This document shows, piece by piece, positions 54,881-64,000 of a DNA stretch of 64,000 nucleotides. This DNA is from Eledone cirrhosa (lineage: Eukaryota). Position 1 is the stretch's first letter. Every line of letters starts with the position of its first letter. The translations under genes and the position numbers were made by a program. The stretch is taken from assembly GCA_964016885.1 (NCBI GenBank), contig OZ024744.1, positions 103,044,001 through 103,108,000 of the forward strand, in the 5' to 3' direction. Under the pieces are notes generated by a model. The model ran no database searches. It was not told the origin of the DNA and saw only the letters and a list, made by a program, of their open reading frames with translations.

Positions 54881-57800
54881 AAGTTGTCCTGCTGCCATGA
54901 AACTAAAAATTAGTCAGTCTACTGTTTAAAGTGGTACTGCTGCCATGAAACTAAAAAGTAACCAGTCTACTGTTTAAAGTGGTCCTGCTGACATGGAACT
55001 AAAAAGTAATCAGTCGACTGTTTAAAGTGGGCCTGCTGCCATGAAACTAAAAAGTAGTAAGTCTACTGTTTAAAGTGGTCCTGCTGCCATAAAACTAAAA
55101 TGTAGTCAGTCTACTGTTTAACTGGTCCTGTTGCCATGAAACTAAAACGTAACCAGTCTACTGTTCACAGTGGTCCTGCTGCCATGAAACTAAAAATTAA
55201 CCAGTCCACTGTTTAAAGTGGTCCTGTTGCCATGAAACTTAAAAGTAGTCAGTCCACTGTTTAAACTGGTGCTGCTGCCATGAAACTAAAAAGTAACCAG
55301 TTCCACTGTTTAAAGTGGGCCTGTTGCCGTTAAACTAAAAACTAACCATTCCACTGTTTAAAGTGGTCCTGCTTCCATGAAACTAAAAAGTAATCAGTCT
55401 ACTGTTTAAAGTGGTCCTGCTGCCATGAAACTAAAAAGTAGTCAGTCTACTGTTTAACTGGTCCTGTTGCCATGAAACTAAAACGTAACCAGTCTACTGT
55501 TCAAAGTGGTCCTTCTGCCATGAAACTAAAACGTAACCACTCCACTGTTTAAACTGGTCCTGTTGCCATGAAAATTAAAAGTAGTCAGTCCACTGTTTAA
55601 AGGGGTCCTGCTGCCATGAAACTAAAAATTAGCCAGTCTACTGTTTAAAGTGGTCCTGTTGCCATGAAACTAAAAAGTAACCAGTCCACTGTTTAAAATG
55701 GTCCTGCTGCCATGAAACTAAAAATTAGTCAGTCTACTGTTTAAAGCAGTCTACTGTTTAAAGTGATCCTGCTGCCATGAAACTAAAAAGTAGTCAGTCC
55801 ACTGTTTAAAATGGTCCTGCTGCCATGAAATTAAAAAGTAACCAGTCTACTGCTTAAAGTGGTCCTGTTGCCATGAAACTAAAAAGTAGTCAGTGTACTG
55901 TTTAAAGGGGTCCTGCTGCCATGAAACTAAAAATTAGCCAGTCTACTGTTTAAAGTGGTCCTGTTGCCATGAAACTAAAAAGTAACCAGTCTACTGTTTA
56001 AAGTGGTCCTGTTGCCATGAAACTAAAAAGTAGCCAGTGTACTGTTTAAAGTGTTCCTGCTGCCATGAAACTAAAAAGTAACCAGTCCACTGTTTAAAGT
56101 GGTCCTGCTGCCATGAAACTAAAAAGTAACCGGTCCACTGTTTAAAATGGTCCTGCTGCCATGAAACTAAAAAGTAGTCCGTCATCTGTTTAAACTGGTC
56201 CTGTTACCATGAAACTAAAAAGTAACCAGTCTACTGTTCAAAGTGGTCCTGGTGCCATGAAACTAAAAAGTAGTCAGTCTACTGGTTAAAGTGGTCCTGC
56301 TGCCATGAAACTAAAAATTAGTCAGTCTACTGTTTAAAGTGGTCCTGTTGCCATGAAACTAAAAAGTGACCAGTCTGCTGTTGAAAGTGGTCCTGTTGCC
56401 ATGAAACTAAAAAGTAGTGAGTCTACTGTTTAAAGCAGTCTACTGTTTAAAGTGGTCCTGCTGCCATGAAACTAAAAAGTAGTCAGTCCACTGTTTAAAG
56501 TGGTCCTGCTGCCATGAAACTAAAAATTACTCAGACTACTGTTTAAAGCAGTCTACTGTTTAAAGTGGTCCTGCTGCCATGAAACTAAAAAGTAGTCAGT
56601 CCACTGTTTAATGTAGTCCTGCTGGCATGAAACTAAAAAGTAACCAGTCTACTGCTTAAAGTGGTCCTGTTGCCATGAAACTATAAAGTAGTCAGTGTAC
56701 TGTTTAAAGTGGTCCTGCTGCCATGAAACTAAAAACTAACCAGTCCACTGTTTAAAGTGGGCCTGCTGCCATGAAACTAAAAAGTAACCGGTCCACTGTT
56801 TAAAGTGGTCCTGCTGCCATGAAACTAAAAAGTAGTCAGTCAACTGTTTAAATTGGTCCTGTTGCCATGAAACTAAAAAGTAACCAGTCTACTGTTCAAA
56901 TTGGTCCTGCTGCCATGAAACTAAAAAGTAGTCAGTCCACTGTTTAAAGTGGCCCTGTTGCCATGAAACTAAAAAGTAGTCGGTCTACTGTTTAAAGTGG
57001 TCCTGCTGCCATGAAACTAAAAAGTAATTATTACACTGTTTAAACTGGTCCTGTTGCCATGAAACTAAAAAGTAACCAGTCTATTGTTCAAAGTGGTCCT
57101 GTTGCCATGAAACTAAAAAGTAGTCAGTCCACTGTTTAATGTGGTCCTGCTGCCATGAAACTAAAATGTAACCAGTCTACTGCTTAAAGAGGTCCTGTTG
57201 CCATGAAACTAAAAAGTAGTCAGTGTACTGTTTAAAGTGGTCCTGCTGCCATGAAACTAAAAATTAGTCAGTCTACTGTTTAAAGTGGTCCTGTTGCCAT
57301 GAAACTAAAAAGTAACCAGTCCACTGTTTAAAATGGTCCTGTTGACATGAAACTAAAAAGTGACCAGTCTGCTGTTGAAAGTGGTCCTGTTGCCATGAAA
57401 CTAAAAAGTAGTGAGTCTACTGTTTAAAGCAGTCTACTGTTTAAAGTGGTCCTGCTGCCATGAAACTAAAAAGTAGTCAGTCCACTGTTTAAAGTGGTCC
57501 TGCTGCCATGAAACTAAAAATTAGTCAGACTACTGTTTAAAGCAGTCTACTGTTTAAAGTGGTCCTGCTGCCATGAAACTAAAAAGTAGTCAGTCCACTG
57601 TTTAATGTGGTCCTGCTGCCATGAAACTAAAAAGTAACCAGTCTACTGCTTAAAGTGGTCCTGTTGCCATGAAACTAAAAAGTAGTCAGTGTACTGTTTA
57701 AAGTGGTCCTGCTGCCATGAAACTAAAAAGTAAGCAGTCTACTGTTTAAAGTGGTCCTGCTGACATGGAACTAAAAAGTAATCAGACTACTGTTTAAAGT

Positions 57801-58829
57801 GGGTCTGCTGCCATGAAAGTAAAAAGTAGTAAGTCTATTGTTTAAAGTGGTCCTGTTGCCATGAAAGTAAAAAGTAGTCAGTCTACTGTTCAAATTGGTC
57901 CTGCTGCCATGAAACTAAAAAGTAACCGGTCCACTGTTTAAAATGGTCCTGCTGCCATGAAACTAAAAAGTAGTCCGTCATCTGTTTAAACTGGTCCTGT
58001 TGCCATGAAACTAAAAAGTAACCAGTCTACTGTTCAAAGTGGCCCTGTTGCCATGAAACTAAAAAGTAGTCAGTCTACTGTTTAAAGTGGTCCTGTTGCC
58101 ATGAAACTAAAAATTAACTAGTACACTGTTTAAAGTGGTCCTGCTGCCATGATACTAAAAAGTAGTCAGTCTACTGTTTAAAGTGGTCCTGCTGCCATGA
58201 AACTAAAAAGTAACTATTACACTGTTTAAACTGGTCCTGTTGCCATGAAACTAAAAAGTAACCAGTCTACTGTTCAAAGTGGTCCTGTTGCCATGAAACT
58301 GAAAAGTAGTCAGTCCACTGTTTAAAGTGGACTTGTTGCCATGAAACTAAAAAGTAGACAGTCTACTGTTTAAAGTGGGCCTGTTGCCATGAAACTAAAA
58401 AGTAACTAGTACACTGTTTAAAGTGGTCCTGCTGCCATGATACTAAAAAGTAGTCAGTCTACTGTTTAAAGTGGTCCTGCTGCCATGAAACTAAAAAATA
58501 GTCATTCCACTGTTTAAACTGGTCCTGTTGCCATGAAACTAAAAAGTAACCAGTCTGCTGTTGAAAGTGGTCCTGTTGCCATGAGACTAAAAAGTAGTCA
58601 GTCTACTGTTTAACGTGGTCCTGCTGCCATGAAACTAAAAAGTAACCACTCCACTGTTTAAACTGGTCCTGTTGCCATGAAACTTGAAAGTAGTCAGTCC
58701 ACTGTTTAAAGGGGTCCTGCTGCCATGAAACTAAAAAGTGACCAGTCTACTGTTTAAAGTGGTCCTGCTGACATGGAACTAAAAAGTAAGCAGTCGACTG
58801 TTTAAAGTGGGCCTGCTGCCGTGAAATTA

Positions 58830-61800
58830 AAAAGTAGTCAGTGTACTGTTTAAAGTGGTCCTGCTGCCATGAAACTAAAAATTAGTCAGTCTACTGTTTC
58901 AAGTGGTCCTGCTGCCATGAAACTAAAAAGAAGTCAGTCTACTGTTTAATGTGGTCCTGCTGCCATGAAACTAAAAAGTAGTGAGTCCACTGTTTAAAGT
59001 GGCCCTGTTGCCATGAAACTAAAAAGTTGTCAGTCAACTTTTTAAAGTGGTCCTGCTGACATGAAACTAAAAAGTAGTCAGTCCACTTTTAAAGTGGTCC
59101 TGCTGCCATGAAACTAAAAAGTAGTCAGTCAACTTTTTAAAGTGGTCCTGTTGCCATGAAACTAAAATTAGTCAGTCCACTGTTTAAAGTGGTCCTGCTG
59201 CCATGAAACTAAAAAGTTGTCAGTCAACTTTTTAAAGTGGTCCTGTTGCCATGAAACTAAAATTAGTCAGTCCACTGTTTAAAGTGGTCCTGCTGCCATG
59301 AAACTAAAAAGTAGTCAGTCTACTGTTTAAAGTGGTCCTGTTGCCATGAAACTAAAAAGTAACCAGTCTACTGCTTAAAGTGGTCCTGTTGCCATGAAAT
59401 TAAAAAGTAGTCAGTCTACTGTTTAAAGTCGTCCTGCTGCCATGAAACTAAAAAGTAGTCAGTCCACTGTTTAAAGTGGCCCTGTTGCCATGAAACTAAA
59501 AAGTAGTCAGTCTACCGTTTAAAGTGGTCCTGTTGCCATGAAACTAAAAAGTAACTAGTACACTGTTTAAAGTGGTCCTGCTGCCATGATACTAAAAAGT
59601 AGTCATTCTACTGTTTAAAGTGGTCCTGCTGCCATGAAACTAAAACATAGTCATTCCACTGTTAAAAGTGGTCCTGCTACCATGAAACTAAAAAGTAACC
59701 AGTCCACTGTTTAAAGTGGTCCTGCTTCCATGAAACTAAAAATTAGTCAGTCTACTGGTTAAAGTGATCCTGTTGCCATGAAACCAAAATCCTGTTGCCA
59801 TGAAACTAAAAAGTAGTCAGTCCACTGTTTAAACTGGTCCTGCTGCCATGAAACTAAAAAGTAACCAGTTCCACTGTTTGAAGTGGTCCTGTTGCCATGT
59901 AACTAAAAAGTAAACAGTCTACTGTTTAAAGTGGTCCTGTTGCCATGAAACTAAAAAGTAAACAGTCTACTGTTTAAAGTGGTCCTGTTGCCGTGAAACT
60001 AAAAAGTAACCATTCCACTGTTTAAAGTGGTCCTGATGCCATGAAACTAGAAAGAAACCAGTCTACTGTTTAAAGTGGTGCTGCTACCATGGAACTAAAA
60101 AGTAACCAGTCAACTGTTAAAAGTGGTCCTGCTGCCATGAAACTAAAAAGTAGTCAGTCTACAGTTTAAAGTGGTCCTGCTGCCATGAAACTAAAAAATA
60201 GTCAGTCCACTGTTTAAACTGGTCCTGTTGCCATGAAACTAAAATTAACCAGTCTACTGTTCAAAGTGGTCCTGCTGCCATGATACTAAAAAGTAGTCAG
60301 TCCACTGTTTAAAGTGGTCCTGCTGCCATGAATCTAAAAAGTAGTCAGTCTACTGTTTAAAGTGTTCCTGCTGCCATGAAACTAAAAAGTAGTCAGTCTA
60401 CTGTTTAAAGTGGTCCTGCTGCCATGAAACTAAAAAGTAATCAGTCCACTGTTTAAAGTGGTCCTGCTACCATGAAACTAAAGAGTAACCAGTCCATGTT
60501 TAAAGTGGTCCTGCTGGCATGAAACTAAAAAGTAGTTAGTCTACTGTTTAAAGTGCTCCTGCTGCCATTAAACTAAAAAGTAACCAGTCTACTATTTAAA
60601 GTGTTCCTGCTGCCATGGAACTAAAACGAAATCAGTCTACTGTTTAAAGTGGGCCTGCTGCCATGAAAGTAAAAAGTAGTCAGTCCACTGTTTAAAGTCG
60701 TCCTGCTGCCATGAAACTAAAAAGTAACCAGTCTACTGCTTAAAGTGGTCCTGTTGCCATGAAACTAAAAAGTAGTCAGTGTACTGTTTAAAAAGTAGTC
60801 AGTGTACTGTTTAAAGTGGTCCTGCTGCCATGAAACTAAAAATTAGTCAGTCTACTGTTTCAAGTGGTCCTGTTGCCATGAAACTAAAAAGAAGTCAGTC
60901 TACTGTTTAATGTGGTCCTGCTGCCATGAAACTAAAAAGTAGTGAGTCCACTGTTTAAAGTGGCCCTGTTGCCATGAAACTAAAAAGTAGTCGGTCTACT
61001 GTTTAAAGTGGTCCTGCTGCCATGAAACTAAAAAGTAATCAGTCTACTGTTCAAAGTGGTCCTGCTGCCATGAAACTAAAAAATAGTCATTCCACTGTTT
61101 AAACTGGTTCTGTTGCCATGAAACTTAAAAGTAACCAGTCTAGTCCTGTTGCCATGAAACTAAAAAATAGTCAGTCTACTGTTTAAAGTGATCCTGCTGA
61201 CATGAAACTAAAAAGTAGTCAGTTTACTGTTTAAAGTGGTCCTGTTGCCATGAAACTAAAAAGTAGTCAGTCTACTGTTTAAAGTGGTCCTGTTGCCATG
61301 AAACTAAAAATAACTAGTACACTGCTTAAAGTGGTCCTGCTGCCATGATACTAAAAAGTAGTCAGTCTACTGTTTAAAGTGGTCCTGCTGCCATGAAACT
61401 AAAAAATAGTCATTCCACTGTTTAAACTGGTCCTGTTGCCATGAAACTAAAAATTAACCAGTCTACTGTTCAAAGTGGTCCTGTTGCCATGAAACTAAAA
61501 AGTAGTCAGTCTACTGTTTAAAGTGGTCCTGCTGCCATGAAACTAAAAAGTAGTCAGTCTACTGTTTAAAGTGGTCTTGTTGCCATGAAACTAAAAAGTA
61601 GTCAATCTACTGTTTAAAGTGGTCCTGCTGCCATGAAACTAAAAAGTAGTCAGTCTACCGTTTAAAGCAGTCTACTGTTTAAAGTGGTCCTGCTGCCATG
61701 AAACTAAAAAGTAGTCAGTGTACTGTTTAAAGTGGTCCTGCTGCCATGAAACTAAAAAGTAACCAGTCTACTGCTTAAAGTGGTCCTGTTGCCATGAAAC

Positions 61801-64000
61801 TAAAAAGTAGTCAGTGTACTGTTTAAAGTGGTCCTGCTGCCATGAAACTAAAAATTAGTCAGTCTACTGTTTCAAGTGGTCCTGTTGCCATGAAACTAAA
61901 AAGAAGTCAGTCTACTGTTTAATGTGGTCCTGCTGCCATGAAACTAAAAAGTAGTGAGCCCACTGTTTAAAGTGGCCCTGTTGCCATGAAACTAAAAAGT
62001 AGTCGGTCTACTGTTTAAAGTGGTCCTGCTGCCATGAAACTAAAAAGTTGTCAGTCAACTTTTTAAAGTGGTCCTGCTGACATGAAACTAAAAAGTAGTC
62101 AGTCAACTTTTTAAAGTGGTCCTGCTGCCATGAAACTAAAAAGTTGTCAGTCAACTTTTTAAAGTGGTCCTGTTGCCATGAAACTAAAATTAGTCAGTCC
62201 ACTGTTTAAAGTGGTCCTGCTGCCATGAAACTAAAAAGTAGTCAGTCCACTGTTTAAAGTGGCCCTGTTGCCATGAAACTAAAAAGTAGTCAGTCTACTG
62301 TTTAAAGTGGTCCTGTTGCCATGAAACTAAAAAGTAACTAGTACACTGTTTAAAGTGGTCCTGCTGCCATGATACTAAAAAGTAGTCATTCTACTGTTTA
62401 AAGTGGTCCTGCTGCCATGAAACTAAAACATAGTCATTCCACTGTTAAAAGTGGTCCTGCTACCATGAAACTAAAAAGTAACCAGTCCACTGTTTAAAGT
62501 GGTCCTGCTTCCATGAAACTAAAAATTAGTCAGTCTACTGGTTAAAGTGATCCTGTTGCCATGAAACTAAAATCCTGTTGCCATGAAACTAAAAAGTAGT
62601 CAGTCCACTGTTTAAACTGGTCCTGCTGCCATGAAACTAAAAAGTAACCAGTTCCAATGTTTGAAGTGGTCCTGTTGCCATGTAACTAAAAAGTAAACAG
62701 TCTACTGTTTAAAGTGGTCCTGTTGCCATGAAACTAAAAAGTAAACAGTCTACTGTTTAAAGTGGTCCTGTTGCCATGAAACTAAAAAGTAAACAGTCTA
62801 CTGTTTAAAGTGGTCCTGTTGCCATGAAACTAAAAAGTAAACAGTCTACTGTTTAAAGTGGTCCTGTTGCCATGAAACTAAAAAGTAAACAGTCTACTGT
62901 TTAAAGTGGTCCTGTTGCCATGAAACTAAAAAGTAGTCAGTCTACTGTTTAAAGTGGTCCTGTTGCCGTGAAACTAAAAAGTAACCATTCCACTGTTTAA
63001 AGTGGTCCTGATGCCATGAAACTAGAAAGAAACCAGTCTACTGTTTAAAGTGGTCCTGTTGCCATGAAACTAAAGAGAAACCAGTCCACTGTTTAAAGTG
63101 CTCCTGCTGCCATGAAACTAAAAAGTAGTCAGTCTACTGTTTAAAGTGGTCCTGCTGCCATGAAACTAAAAAGTAACCAGGCTACTGTTTAAAGTGGTGC
63201 TGCTACCATGGAACTAAAAAGTAACCAGTCAACTGTTAAAAGTGGTCCTGCTGCCATGAAACTAAAAAGTAGTCAGTCTACAGTTTAAAGTGGTCCTGCT
63301 GCCATGAAACTAAAAAATAGTCAGTCCACTGTTTAAACTGGTCCTGTTGCCATGAAACTAAAATTAACCAGTCTACTGTTCAAAGTGGTCCTGCTGCCAC
63401 GATACTAAAAAGTAGTCAGTCCACTGTTTAAAGTGGTCCTGCTGCCATGAATCTAAAAAGTAGTCAGTCTACTGTTTAAAGTGGTCCTGCTGCCATGAAA
63501 CTAAAAAGTAGTCAGTCTACTGTTTAAAGTGATCCTGCTGCCATATAACTAAAAAGTAATCAGTCCACTGTTTAAAGTGGTCCTGCTACCATGAAACTAA
63601 AAAGTAGTTAGTCTACTGTTTAAAGTGCTCCTGCTGCCATTAAACTAAAAAGTAACCAGTCTACTATTTAAAGTGTTCCTGCTGCCATGGAACTAAAACG
63701 AAATCAGTCTACTGTTTAAAGTGGGCCTGCTGCCACGAAAGTAAAAAGTAGTCAGTCCACTGTTTAAAGTCGTCCTGCTGCCATGAAACTAAAAGGTAGT
63801 CAGTCTACCGTTTAAGGCAGTCTACTGTTTAAAGTGGTCCTGCTGCCATGAAACTAAAAATTAGTCAGTCTACTGTTTCAAGTGGTCCTGTTGCCATGAA
63901 ACTAAAAAGAAGTCAGTCTACTGTTTAATGTGGTCCTGCTGCCATGCAACTAAAAAGTAGTGAGTCCACTGTTTAAAGTGGCCCTGTTGCCATGAAACTA
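58830..64000 (+). repeat. Divergent sub-family block with its own ~2.8-3.1 kb duplication (~58830-60710 and ~61800-63790)
   Basis: Variants not noticed upstream: tttcaagtgg + aaagaagtc (~58897, 60858, 61870, 63876), aaaagttgtcagtcaacttttt, aaaatcctg truncation (~59786/62569), tagaaagaaacc (~60048/63023), aaacgaaatc (~60623/63696). Confidence 0.85.
59020..59044. other. Perfect 10-bp inverted repeat with 5-nt loop (TAAAAAGTTG-tcagt-CAACTTTTTA); copies at 59210, 62041, 62137
   Basis: The arms are exact reverse complements and differ from the consensus on both sides. Confidence 0.92.

Larger units (their letters stand above)
1..64000 (+). repeat. 48-bp tandem satellite array (about 1,300 monomers, all head-to-tail, running off both window ends)
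   Basis: The monomer ACTGTTTAAAGTGGTCCTGCTGCCATGAAACTAAAAAGTAGTCAGTCT (48 nt) recurs continuously from base 1 to 64000, typically with a few substitutions per copy and occasional small indels. No non-repeat sequence was seen. Confidence 0.99.

Noticed and set aside
3362-56185. 21 minus-strand ORFs of 64-80 aa (TDYFLVSWQQDHFKQW repeats)
   Set aside because: They arise wherever 4-5 consecutive monomers have the consensus TAG changed (TGG, TAC and others). Many begin at TTG. They have no unique domains, are flanked by in-frame stops, and recur only because of block duplication.
59020-59044. Rho-independent terminator
   Set aside because: The stem is AT-rich with the T-run inside the stem, and there is no upstream gene.
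1-64000. CRISPR array
   Set aside because: The variable part is only about 8 bp, is homologous between units and is reused hundreds of times. There are no unique 25-45 bp spacers, leader or cas genes.
1-64000. One giant repeat protein read through stops (TAG/TAA recoding)
   Set aside because: 17-bp duplications and 1-bp indels break the frame every few hundred bases. A TGA/TAA-containing frame is entered after shifts.
1-64000. tRNA, 5S, snRNA or spliced-leader gene array
   Set aside because: The 48-bp unit is too short, with no cloverleaf, recognisable A/B boxes or known RNA sequence.
1-64000. Pure sequencing or concatemer artefact
   Set aside because: Variants recur in ordered, hierarchical, position-dependent patterns with private mutations, as expected of an evolved array. 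Individual near-identical blocks still need read-level confirmation.

Overview
The whole 64 kb window is one uninterrupted, head-to-tail array of a 48-bp satellite-type tandem repeat, roughly 1,300 copies, with consensus ACTGTTTAAAGTGGTCCTG(C/T)TGCCATGAAACTAAAAAGTA(GT/AC)CAGTC(T/C). The consensus is about 40% GC and has no CpG. I see no unique sequence, genes, RNA genes, transposons or CRISPR array, and no large-scale orientation switch. The ORF-track entries are artefacts of a 16-codon monomer whose minus-strand TAG is sometimes mutated. The structure worth attention is internal. (i) Each monomer holds an imperfect inverted repeat (TAAAAAGTAG-tcagt-CTACTGTTTA) whose loop is the most variable part. 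It has produced an exact 23-bp micro-inversion (7 copies) and variants that perfect the palindrome on both arms, the signature expected from template switching. (ii) There are nested higher-order duplications of about 0.7, 1.68, 2.6, 2.9, 4.4, 8.2 and 8.7 kb. (iii) An ordered cassette of variant monomers recurs along the window. (iv) A distinct, more diverged variant layer starts near 58.8 kb. The source is most likely eukaryotic satellite DNA (inference); I cannot identify the organism. Block boundaries were read by eye and are approximate.
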